The notes under the pieces: generated by a model
Seen by the model: only the letters and a program-made list of their open reading frames with translations
Databases searched by the model: none
What the model was told of the DNA's origin: nothing
Part shown: piece after piece, positions 18,701 through 26,930 of the stretch
Position numbering within the stretch: the stretch's first letter is position 1
Layout of the letters: the number at the start of each line of letters is the position of its first letter
Made by a program: the position numbers and the translations under genes
NCBI GenBank assembly: GCA_963713825.1
Contig: CAVQNG010000004.1
Coordinates: 256,001-320,000, forward strand
DNA: 64,000 nucleotides
Direction of reading: 5' to 3'
Source: an uncultured Acidobacteriota bacterium
GTDB taxonomy: Bacteria > Acidobacteriota > Thermoanaerobaculia > Multivoradales > JAHEKO01

Positions 18701-19846
18701 CGCCTTCCCAATGGCAAGGTCGATCGACAACGACTCCAAACGATACCGCTGCAGCCCGAGGCACCCTCTGCAGAACGGCGAGCGGTCCTGGACTCTCGTA
18801 TGGAAGCTCTGCTCTCACTCTGGGAGGGCCTCCTGGGACGCTTCGGTATCGGAGTGGACGACAATTTCTTCGAGCTTGGCGGTCACTCCCTACTCGTGCT
18901 CGAAATGGCACTGGCGATCGAGCGGGACTTCGAAGTCACCCTGAGTGTCGCCGAGGTCTTCGAGAATCCTACGGTCCGTCAACTGGCCGACAAGATCGCG
19001 CAGCAGCGGGGATCGGCTACCGGATACCAACATCTGTTTCCCATCCAACCGACGGGCCAGGGGGCGCCCTTCATCGTCGCCGTTCCCCATTTCTTCACCG
19101 CGATGTTCGCGCAGCGCTTTCGGAATGAACGGCCGGTTTATGGGCTGCGGGGCGTCAGCCTCCGACCCGAGGGCAACCTGGGCCGCTGGCGGACCATGAC
19201 CGAGCTCGGGGAAGATCTCGTCGACGAGATCCATCACAGGTTCGGGGCATCGAGCTGCATCATGGTGGGCTACTCTTTCGGTGCCTCGATGGCCTTCGAA
19301 GCGGTACGAATCATGGAGGAGCGTGGCCTTGCGGTGCGTTCTCTCTACCTGATCGCACCGATGCCGTTGGACTTCTTCCCTCTCGGGCCCTTCCGCCTGC
19401 AGCTCGACGGCCTCAGTCGACCAGTGCAGGACCTCTCGGCGGGTGAGGCTCTTTTCCGCTACGCACGCAGTCACAACCCGCTGACTCTGCGGCCTTATCA
19501 GCGGGCCAAGCGACGGCTCGTCATCGAACCCTGGCGCCGGATGCTGTGCGCCACTGGCAGATTGCGCCAAGGCCTCGGACTGCCGCTGACACCACGAATC
19601 CTCTATGCCGACGTCCGTGTCGACCGATTTCGATTGCATGCCGCCTATCAACCACGACCGATCCGTACGCCGACGGTTCTCTTCAATGCCCGAGAGACCG
19701 TTACCGACGCCGCCGCCACCTGGCGCCCATTCTTCCGCGGACCTTTCACCGTCGTGCCGACGCCCGACCCCCACCTCGACGACGACTCCATCGAAGCGGC
19801 TCGACGGGTCATCCTCGATCATCTGCGCGATCTGAAGGGAGACTGA
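15797..19846 (+). CDS. NRPS termination module C-A-T-TE
   Basis: C domain HHILAD; A domain YTSGSSGRPKG, FDSS, NEYGPTE, YRTGD, NGKVD; T domain FFELGGHSL; TE GYSFG. Confidence 0.95.
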   Translation: MTTRQPNDRAALLEQAIRRKRAAAGSDTPTMMPRPADQPACLSDIQRGLWLLHQMDPRSPAYNLTSAFRVEGALDPEKLERALNEVVSRHRILRSTFRRQGETVLQVVHPHSPLALEVVEAEDGEGLAATVDEASKPFDLETGPLIRLQLVEESSKETRYLLLVLHHILADEKSLALLWEELGEAYRSRQGATEPAVQYDDYVYSLSLREPAERDRQLEDWRRRLEPLPDDLRFPFERSPSEGLAGRGRLLSRALPEPVLEGLRNLASSSGATPFLVAACAFRLLLQRYTDNQRVAFATPVSTRSHPATARMIGYFTNPVVIPTHLDEQQPVLEAVQGFSRQLRALLVQASLPFQSLAEALSPRRQRDRHPIFQIMFVHQESIAPPELGEARLQPLALDLGASKFDLTLFVTEGQRELEIALEYRVDRYAQTWMERLLDHYGTLLEQLPTDPNRTVAKVSMLGTEEQRSLLALAKGTELDADKMTLLPRQILDRVSRSPQSPALSCGDSRRSYGELEASARRIATKLVDCGVNVGDRVGVFLNRSVEMVEAVLGVHLAGAAYVPLDPTYPESRNRTVLEDADVAAVLTTASRGDELWRGPWATIEVDRIDTDVARGAVLPGPSADSPAYILYTSGSSGRPKGVVVTQANLRASTAARLQVYEKPPRRFLLLPSIAFDSSVAGLFWTLAMGGCLVIPSDEEALDPRRLAGLVARERVSSLLCVPSLYAQLLRADGGLLDGLETVIVAGESCTPSLVNEHFRTLPKTSLYNEYGPTEATVWATVHPLEIGAAGSSVAIGRPIPGVRVDVLDRLGRPVPVGIPGEAWITGPTVAQGYWRQPTLTAERFVIDAESARGENRYRTGDQVAWTAAGHLLFLGREDEQIKIRGFRIEPGEVEAALLESEKIQNAAVIARPLGSPTTMASETSDHQLVAFVETASPDARAGWRKDLSARLPEHMIPNRLVVLPELPRLPNGKVDRQRLQTIPLQPEAPSAERRAVLDSRMEALLSLWEGLLGRFGIGVDDNFFELGGHSLLVLEMALAIERDFEVTLSVAEVFENPTVRQLADKIAQQRGSATGYQHLFPIQPTGQGAPFIVAVPHFFTAMFAQRFRNERPVYGLRGVSLRPEGNLGRWRTMTELGEDLVDEIHHRFGASSCIMVGYSFGASMAFEAVRIMEERGLAVRSLYLIAPMPLDFFPLGPFRLQLDGLSRPVQDLSAGEALFRYARSHNPLTLRPYQRAKRRLVIEPWRRMLCATGRLRQGLGLPLTPRILYADVRVDRFRLHAAYQPRPIRTPTVLFNARETVTDAAATWRPFFRGPFTVVPTPDPHLDDDSIEAARRVILDHLRDLKGD

Positions 19847-19847
19847 C

Positions 19848-20702
19848 GTGCCAAGAGCGCCCCAGGTCATCTCGAGGCAGGCCGAAACGAAACGCCCGGC
19901 AGCGCAACATCTCGATCTCATCGACCGCATGGGCACCGAGATCCACCCAGACGATCCGAAACTCGAAGAGTGGTTCTCTCGGTACCTTCGGCAGCACCGC
20001 CGGCGACTGGCCCTGGACCTCGACATGATCACTCGAGAGGCAAATACCGAGGCCAGTGTCTTGGAGTATGGCGCCATACCTCTTTTGCTCACCGGTGCAC
20101 TGGCGGCCCGCGGCTACAGGATCAGCGCGGTCGACCTCGACCCGCGCCGTTTCGCCGCCACCATTGCCGCCCTGGGCCTAGACGTCAGGCGCTGCGATGT
20201 CGAAGCGGAGGCGGTACCGTTCGAGGCGGAAACCTTCGATGTCGTGCTGTTCAACGAGCTCCTCGAGCATCTTCGTATGAATCCGATCTTCACGCTCGGT
20301 GAGGTGCATCGGGTCCTGAAGCCCGGCGGCGCGCTACTGCTTTCCACACCCAACCTCAGGTCGTTTCGCGGTATCCGAAATCTGCTCGTCAGAAACCAGG
20401 GCCACGCTGTCTCCCCCGGCATCTACGAGCAATACGAGAAGCTCGAAACCCTCGGACACATGGGACACGTCCGGGAGTACACGACGACAGAGGTCTCGGA
20501 TCTTCTCAGCCGCATCGGGTTTCGAGTCGACAAGATTGTCTTCAGGGGAGGACATGGGCGGGGTGTGGTCGGAGTGGCTGAACGACTGGCTCCATCATGG
20601 CGGCCGTTCTTCACACTGCGGGCTTTGAAGTCGGACCCTCCCCAAGCCGTCGCAGAGGCGCAACCCAGGGCAGCGGGCAATGATCGACTCGACCCTCCAT
20701 AA
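19848..20702 (+). CDS. Class I SAM-dependent methyltransferase
   Basis: VLEYGA, AVDLD, FDVVLFNELLEHL and VHRVLKPGGALLLSTPN. Confidence 0.85.
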   Translation: MPRAPQVISRQAETKRPAAQHLDLIDRMGTEIHPDDPKLEEWFSRYLRQHRRRLALDLDMITREANTEASVLEYGAIPLLLTGALAARGYRISAVDLDPRRFAATIAALGLDVRRCDVEAEAVPFEAETFDVVLFNELLEHLRMNPIFTLGEVHRVLKPGGALLLSTPNLRSFRGIRNLLVRNQGHAVSPGIYEQYEKLETLGHMGHVREYTTTEVSDLLSRIGFRVDKIVFRGGHGRGVVGVAERLAPSWRPFFTLRALKSDPPQAVAEAQPRAAGNDRLDPP

Positions 20703-21591
20703 GCGCATCTTCGTCGTCGGAGCGCCTCGATCTGGCACGACGCTGGTGCAGAGTCTGCTGGCGGCAAACAGCGCGTCGACTTCCTTCACCGAGAGTCACT
20801 TCTTCGACGCTCACTTCTCACGCCTGCCCGGCACCTCGACTGCGATCCTGACCAGAGATCCCGGGGTCAGAGTGCACAGATTTCTGGCCGAGAACGGCGA
20901 AGAGCCGGTGGCAGCGGCCCAGGGGTTTCGCGAAGGGAACCGTCGGGTGCTGGCCGCCAGATTTCTGCTGCCCTTCTATTCCCGAACGGTTGCCATCCGG
21001 CTACTGCAGATTCTCGACGAGCTGGCGCTGCGCAGAGGCGCGCAAAACTGGATCGAGAAGACGCCACGGCACCTACGTTACGTTCCGTTTCTCGAGAGAG
21101 TCTGCTCCGGGTTCGGTCCTCCGGCTCACTTCGTGCACGTGATCCGAGACGGACTGGAGGTAGTCGCGTCGCTGCACGAGGCCTCCAAGAGCTGGGAGCG
21201 CCCCTACGATCTGGAGACCTGCATCGAACGCTGGAACCGAGACGTGACCTTTTCCCTCAGCCGGATCGCAGCGCCGCGCGACCACTTCGTCTTCTACGAG
21301 GAGCTCGCCTCACGACCCGAGCCGATCCTGGAGCGGCTGGTCACGCAGCTCGGCATGGTGTGGGAGCCCGACATTCTCGAACGGTATGGTCACACGAGCA
21401 ATCGGCTCGTGACACCCGAAGAGTCCTGGAAAGCAGGCGTCGACCGCCCGATTCGGCAGGCCGCGTCCTCGGATCGGGTGCTCGACGCTGCGCAGCGGGA
21501 TCGCATCAGGCAAACGTTGCGGCACGATCTCTACCGCCAGCTCGCAGCTGGCGTTCAGCAACGCACGGGCCTCCCTGCCAATAGCGGTTGA
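20680..21591 (+). CDS. Sulfotransferase family protein
   Basis: IFVVGAPRSGTTL, WIEKTP, HVIRDGLEVVAS and YEEL. Confidence 0.92.
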   Translation: MIDSTLHKRIFVVGAPRSGTTLVQSLLAANSASTSFTESHFFDAHFSRLPGTSTAILTRDPGVRVHRFLAENGEEPVAAAQGFREGNRRVLAARFLLPFYSRTVAIRLLQILDELALRRGAQNWIEKTPRHLRYVPFLERVCSGFGPPAHFVHVIRDGLEVVASLHEASKSWERPYDLETCIERWNRDVTFSLSRIAAPRDHFVFYEELASRPEPILERLVTQLGMVWEPDILERYGHTSNRLVTPEESWKAGVDRPIRQAASSDRVLDAAQRDRIRQTLRHDLYRQLAAGVQQRTGLPANSG

Positions 21592-21607
21592 TACCCTTAC
21601 GGTGTCC

Positions 21608-22375
21608 ATGAGCGATCGTCCGAGTGTCTCCGTCGTCGTCCCGTTCTTCGCCAATGAGCTCACGTTGGCCGCCTGCATCGAATCGCTGCTGAACCAGGGC
21701 GCTGTCGAGGGCGGCTACGAGGTCATCCTGATCAACAATGGCTCAACGGACCGTTCCCCGTCGATAGCCGCTCACTACCCCGAGGTGACGGTGCTGGAGG
21801 AGGCAAACCTGGGCGCCTACGCTGCCCGCAACACTGGTATTCGCAAAGCCCGAGCTCCGGTGATCGCCTTCACCGACGCCGATTGTGTGGCCGCGGATGA
21901 CTGGCTGCAATCGATCCTCGACGGCTTTTTTGATCCGGCGATCGCGATCCTCCTGGGACACTTTCGCTATCCCGCCAGCTCGAACTGGACTCTGCGCCTC
22001 CTTGGCGCCTATGAGAACGCCAAGGCCGACTACGTGCTGCATCGCTGCGGGCCGGCCTATTACTTCGGCTATGCGAACAATATGGCGGTTCGGGCTTCAG
22101 TCTTCGCGGAGCTCGGACTCTTCAAGGAATGGCAACGGGCCGCCGACAGCGAGTTGGTTCATCGTTTGGCGGCCCGCCGCCCCGACCTGGAATTGGCCTA
22201 TCGGCCATCGATGAGGGTCACGCACCTGGAGTTTCTACACACTCGAGACCGCGTCCGACGAATGTCCATGTACACCAAGACCAATACACAGATCAGTACC
22301 TTCCGGGAGCTCGGACCCCGGCAACGCGCAGGTGTGTTGGTAAGGCTGATTCGAGGTTGGCGGGGCTATCACTAG
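21608..22375 (+). CDS. Family 2 glycosyltransferase
   Basis: VSVVVP, INNGSTD, GAYAARNTG and AFTDADC. Confidence 0.92.
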   Translation: MSDRPSVSVVVPFFANELTLAACIESLLNQGAVEGGYEVILINNGSTDRSPSIAAHYPEVTVLEEANLGAYAARNTGIRKARAPVIAFTDADCVAADDWLQSILDGFFDPAIAILLGHFRYPASSNWTLRLLGAYENAKADYVLHRCGPAYYFGYANNMAVRASVFAELGLFKEWQRAADSELVHRLAARRPDLELAYRPSMRVTHLEFLHTRDRVRRMSMYTKTNTQISTFRELGPRQRAGVLVRLIRGWRGYH

Positions 22376-22381
22376 CCGACC

Positions 22382-25300
22382 TCAAGCGGGCGGCTCGACC
22401 CCTTCTGCAATTCGTCCGCCGTCGTCCTCGGTCAGCTCCGCGACATCAGCGAGGATCTTCTCTTCCGCAATCCGGGCTAGCCTTCCCAGCGTCGTATGCG
22501 AGAACAAGGACTCCAAGGGAAGGTCGATGTCGAACTCACGACAGAGCTGGAGCATGACCTGCATGGCGGCCAGAGAGGTACCACCGAGCTCGAAGAAATC
22601 ATCGTCGGCCCCCACAGTGTCGACTTCCAGCTCCTGCTGCCAAGCTTGGCCCAGAAACTCCTCCACCGGACCTTCGAGCTCTCGGAACGGCTTTTCCCTA
22701 GGCCTTTGATAGACCTCCGATCGAAGCGCTTCCTCGTCGACCTTGCCGCTCGCCGTCAAGGGGATGGTGTCGACACGCTGAAGATGGGTGGGGATCAGAT
22801 AGGGCGGTAAGCGCTCACCGAGCTGGCTCGAGATCGTGTCGACGGATATGTCCTCAGCGCAGACAACGAAGGCCTCGAGAGCGACCTGATCGGAATGCGT
22901 CGAGAGTCGCTCGACGTCATATCCAATCTCCCTCAGCATCGTCTTCACGTCATTGACGTCGATGTCGTCGTCGAGCTCGGCGAGAGCCGCCGCTCGGGTC
23001 TTGTGCCCCAGACGAACGTCCCAGCTGTAGGGCAGAGCGTAGTTGTGGAAGCCGCGCTCACGGCGATGGACGTAGATCCCCACGTCATTGATCAGGCAGT
23101 TGGTCGAGCGTCCCGTGTCCTCAGGGCGCACCCAGGGCACCTTCTGCCGCAGGTAGGCGTACATCTCGTCCAGACCGACATCCACATAGCGGAAGAAATC
23201 AACGAACTGGACCGCCCGGAAGACCTCGTCATCCTCGAACACCGCAGTACCGAGTGCGCGCGTCACCTCGTCACGAACCCTGTGGTAGACCTTGCGCGCC
23301 GCCAGCACAGCTGCATCGACCTCGTCCGGACTGCGAAGCCCGTCGCGAAACATGTCCTCGACGAGTCGCGTCTCGAACATCTGTCCCCTCGACAGACCAG
23401 TGACAATGATCGGAATTCCCAGCTCACGCGCTCGCTTCATGCTCAAGGTGTAGATCGTCTTGAAGCAGCCGTTGCAGACATTCGAGAATCGCATCAGACT
23501 GTCGCGAAAGATCGCGTTCATCGCTCGGGTCGTGGCGAGCTCGACTGGAACACCGAGCTGCTGGGTCACCCTTCGGACGTTGTCCTTGGCGCCTTCGGAA
23601 ATGAACCCATTGTCGAGGCTGAAGGCATAGACCGAAAGCCCCATGTCCACCAGCCGACACAGAGCGTAGGTGCTGTCCTTCCCACCGCTGTAGAGCATCA
23701 AGCAGTCGTAGGGCGCGTCATGTTGTCGGGCCGACTCCTCGAAGATTCGACTCAGGTCCTCTTCACTCTTGAAGTAGGCCTGAGCGTGCTCCTTGATCGA
23801 CTCGTAGGAGCGGCAGATGCTGCAGACGCCCGCCTCGTCGAGAGCTGCTCGAGGGTAGTTCGACGGCAGACCGCAGCGCACACAGTGGCGCAGCTGCTGA
23901 TCCAACTCGAGCGTCACGACAGGATGGCGACGCGCCACGACGGCACATTCGTCGATCCCTGCAATCGAGAGCAGTGCCGTTTCGATCTCCCCAGGCTCGA
24001 CGCGGAAGCCCGACACCTTGAGTTGGCGGTCGAATCGACCGAGATACTCGAGCTTGCCGTCGTCGAGCATTCGAACCTGATCGCCGGTTCGATAGCGGCG
24101 CTGCGCCGGATGCGCCGGATGCTCCTGGAAGCGTTGCTGGGTAATCTCGTCCGGGCCGTGGTAGCCGCGCGCCAGACCGTAACGGGAGATCCACAACTCA
24201 CCCGGAACCCCGACCGGCACCGCGGTCAATGCTTCGTTCAAGACCTCCACGGTGACATGGTCTGCAGGAACGCCGATGGGAACGCTCAGGCCTCTATCGC
24301 TCGAGGAATCGTAGCGGTGGGCCACGCAACCGACGACGGCCTCCGTAGGGCCGTACTCGTTGTAGAGCTCGACTCGATCCTGGAGCCCGGCGACCAGCCG
24401 CGCTGCGAGCTCCGTTCTCAGGTTCTCTCCACCGGCGACGATGCGACGAACCCGAGAACCTTCAAGACCCATGCTTTCGAGCAGTGACAGATGCGACGGC
24501 GTCAACTTGATGAAATCGACCGCGTTGGTCTCGACGACGTCCTGTAGCGCGGTGTCCACTGGCCCATCCGGTTCCGGGTAGATCTCGAGGCAACCCCCCG
24601 TGATCAGCGGTAGAAAAAGGCTGGTGACCGTCAGATCGAACGCCATCGAGGTGACGAGCGGGAAGGTGAAACGCTCACCCCGCACATACTGGCGGTCCGC
24701 CCAGCAGAGATAGTCCACCAGGCCGCCATGCTCGATGAGGACACCCTTCGGCTTGCCGGTGGATCCCGAGGTGTACATCAGGTAGGCCAACTCGTCGAGG
24801 CCTGGGACTTCTCGATCCAGGGGTGTCCCGCTCCCGGAGCCCAGCGCCTCGGCGATCGACAGCTGGTCGGCTCCGGAGACCTGGGGCTCGACCCCTCCGA
24901 GATCGCCGAGCAGCAGGAGTCGAGCGCCAGAGTCCGCGACAATCTGGTCCAATCGTGCCTGTGGGGTTCTGGCCTCGATGGGCACGTAGGCGGCTCTTGC
25001 ACGCAAGGTAGCGAGAATCGCGACCACGGCCAGAGACGACCTCCGACTCAAGATGGCGACACGGTCTCCCGGTTCGACGCCTCCTGCGACGAGGACCGCG
25101 GCGAGTTCTTCCATCTGGTCACGGAGGCCGGCGTAGGTCGTTTCGACTCCTCCCTGGCGTAGTGCCACCCGGCCGGGGTGGCGCTCCGCCTGGGCTTCGA
25201 ACATCTCGATCACCGATCGTTCAGGCAGCGGCTGCGAATCGGTGGCATTGAGAGTGGCCAGTACCTGTCGCTCTTCAGCGACTAGCAGGTCGACCTCGGC

Positions 25301-26617
25301 GATCGGCCGATCCGGATCCTCCAGCAGCGCCGCCAACAGAATCTCGAAGTGCTCGAGGCTGCGGCGACGCAGTCGCTCAGGCAGCGCCCTCTCGTTGTAG
25401 TCGAAATGCAGCGTGTAACCGCCAGTCCCCGAGAAATCGTGCACCTGGACTCGGAGGGCATGTACGCTGTCACCATGCCCCGGATGCACCCAGTCGACTT
25501 CGACCGGACAACCTGCGAAATCGCTGAACGCCGACGGAAAGTAGTTGAGTACCACGTTGCTCGCCGCGGCACTGGAGGGAGCGCTGCTCCCGGGTAAGGC
25601 GTGAACCAGGAATCGCCGGGCTTCCTCGAGACAGCGGGCTCCGAGTGAGAGGAACGTGTCGCCCGACTCGACTCGCGCCGCAAAGGGAAACAGTTCGATG
25701 AACAGACCCAGAGAGCGCTTGGCGTCCGGCGTCGGGCGACCGGCGATCGGGGCATCGAAACTCAGTTCCTGCCATCCGCTGATCCGGTGGAGCCAGCTCA
25801 CCAGGAGCGTGGCGAAAAGTGCGAATCGAGAAATCTCCGCCGACAGGCTCGAAAAACCGTCCTGCTCGCAGAGTCGATCGAGAGCCCTCGACCGCCCCTC
25901 GCCGAGCTCGAGGCTCAACCGTCGACTGACCGTGCCGACCGGGCGCCCGTCACGACCGTAGAAGGACACCGAACGCCCAGCACGTTCACTGCGGGCTGCC
26001 CAATGCTCTTCGGCCTCGGATCGGGTCTCCGCCGAACCGCGTTGCAGAGAGTCAGCGGTCGGATAGTAGTCGGCGAGACTGGCGCGCTCGGCTGGCACAT
26101 CACCACCGCTCCGCGACTGGTACTCGGCCCCGACCTCGCGAAACAAAAGCTGCGTCGACCAGGCGTCGGTGATGAGATGGTGTTGATTCAGGTACCACCC
26201 GGTGCGGCCCTTTCCCAGACGGACTAGGACGCTGTCGATAAGTGCGCCCTCGAGCGACAGTGCTTTGGCGCAGCGCTGGTGGCACCAACTCTTGAACTCG
26301 TCGAGCGGTTCGGACCGCGAGGTGAAGTCGAGCACCTCAGTGGGCGTCGTGTGCTCTGCGAGCTGGATTCGTACTCCTCCACCTTCCTGCTCGACCAACC
26401 GAGTCCGCAACGCGTCGCTGCGTTCCACGACGCGTCGCCAGGCTTCACAAAACAGCTCCGTCTCGAGCTCCGCAGGAAAAACGAACGCGAAGGCCATGTT
26501 GTACAGCGGACTGCCCGGATTGAGCCTTTGTCCAAGCCATATCTGTGTTTGGCTGTGGGTCAGCTCAATACTGGCGGCTCCGAGATCGCCCATTTCGCTG
26601 TTGGTGGTGGCTGTCAA
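22382..26617 (-). CDS. NRPS module C-A(interrupted by a PP-loop/AMDH-like domain)-T
   Basis: C domain HHLITD; A domain YTSGSTGKPKG, FDLT, NEYGPTE, YRTGD, A8 QLKVSGFRVEPGEIE. Then a ~330-aa insert with CxxC..CxxC and SGGKDS, followed by A9 LPPYLIP, A10 SGKVD and T domain FFELGGTSL. Start is TTG 26617 (AAGGAG RBS) or 26593/26683. Confidence 0.93.
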   Translation of the reverse strand: MTATTNSEMGDLGAASIELTHSQTQIWLGQRLNPGSPLYNMAFAFVFPAELETELFCEAWRRVVERSDALRTRLVEQEGGGVRIQLAEHTTPTEVLDFTSRSEPLDEFKSWCHQRCAKALSLEGALIDSVLVRLGKGRTGWYLNQHHLITDAWSTQLLFREVGAEYQSRSGGDVPAERASLADYYPTADSLQRGSAETRSEAEEHWAARSERAGRSVSFYGRDGRPVGTVSRRLSLELGEGRSRALDRLCEQDGFSSLSAEISRFALFATLLVSWLHRISGWQELSFDAPIAGRPTPDAKRSLGLFIELFPFAARVESGDTFLSLGARCLEEARRFLVHALPGSSAPSSAAASNVVLNYFPSAFSDFAGCPVEVDWVHPGHGDSVHALRVQVHDFSGTGGYTLHFDYNERALPERLRRRSLEHFEILLAALLEDPDRPIAEVDLLVAEERQVLATLNATDSQPLPERSVIEMFEAQAERHPGRVALRQGGVETTYAGLRDQMEELAAVLVAGGVEPGDRVAILSRRSSLAVVAILATLRARAAYVPIEARTPQARLDQIVADSGARLLLLGDLGGVEPQVSGADQLSIAEALGSGSGTPLDREVPGLDELAYLMYTSGSTGKPKGVLIEHGGLVDYLCWADRQYVRGERFTFPLVTSMAFDLTVTSLFLPLITGGCLEIYPEPDGPVDTALQDVVETNAVDFIKLTPSHLSLLESMGLEGSRVRRIVAGGENLRTELAARLVAGLQDRVELYNEYGPTEAVVGCVAHRYDSSSDRGLSVPIGVPADHVTVEVLNEALTAVPVGVPGELWISRYGLARGYHGPDEITQQRFQEHPAHPAQRRYRTGDQVRMLDDGKLEYLGRFDRQLKVSGFRVEPGEIETALLSIAGIDECAVVARRHPVVTLELDQQLRHCVRCGLPSNYPRAALDEAGVCSICRSYESIKEHAQAYFKSEEDLSRIFEESARQHDAPYDCLMLYSGGKDSTYALCRLVDMGLSVYAFSLDNGFISEGAKDNVRRVTQQLGVPVELATTRAMNAIFRDSLMRFSNVCNGCFKTIYTLSMKRARELGIPIIVTGLSRGQMFETRLVEDMFRDGLRSPDEVDAAVLAARKVYHRVRDEVTRALGTAVFEDDEVFRAVQFVDFFRYVDVGLDEMYAYLRQKVPWVRPEDTGRSTNCLINDVGIYVHRRERGFHNYALPYSWDVRLGHKTRAAALAELDDDIDVNDVKTMLREIGYDVERLSTHSDQVALEAFVVCAEDISVDTISSQLGERLPPYLIPTHLQRVDTIPLTASGKVDEEALRSEVYQRPREKPFRELEGPVEEFLGQAWQQELEVDTVGADDDFFELGGTSLAAMQVMLQLCREFDIDLPLESLFSHTTLGRLARIAEEKILADVAELTEDDGGRIAEGVEPPA

Positions 26618-26624
26618 CGGCGAT

Positions 26625-26930
26625 TCACTCCTTGAGGCCGGCTGGGGTGCTCTGCTCAGCAGACTCGACGCTGCCACGGACATAGTCAGCGAGCACTGCG
26701 ACGCTCTGGAAGTTCTCGACGACGAAGCCCGAAGACTGCAGGTCGACCTGGAACTCCTTCTCGACGAAGGCCGCCAGACGCAGCGCGCCGATCGAGTCGA
26801 GCACTTCCCCCGTCAAGAGGTCGTCATCGCGCTCGATCGTCGTTTCCGGGGCCAGCAACTCGCGCCGCAGGAACTCGAGTATCCTGACCTCGATGTCTCC
26901 AATCGACAGCCCAGCTTCGCTCTCAGTCAT
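26625..26930 (-). CDS. Stand-alone acyl/peptidyl carrier protein
   Basis: DLLTGEVLDSIG (Ppant Ser) and ENFQSV; acidic, ~100 aa. Confidence 0.9.
   Translation of the reverse strand: MTESEAGLSIGDIEVRILEFLRRELLAPETTIERDDDLLTGEVLDSIGALRLAAFVEKEFQVDLQSSGFVVENFQSVAVLADYVRGSVESAEQSTPAGLKE

Noticed and set aside
22382-26617. Albicidin/cystobactamid-type antibiotic cluster
   Set aside because: Only the interrupted Asn module is shared; there are no p-aminobenzoate genes or modules, no PKS and no pentapeptide-repeat resistance gene.
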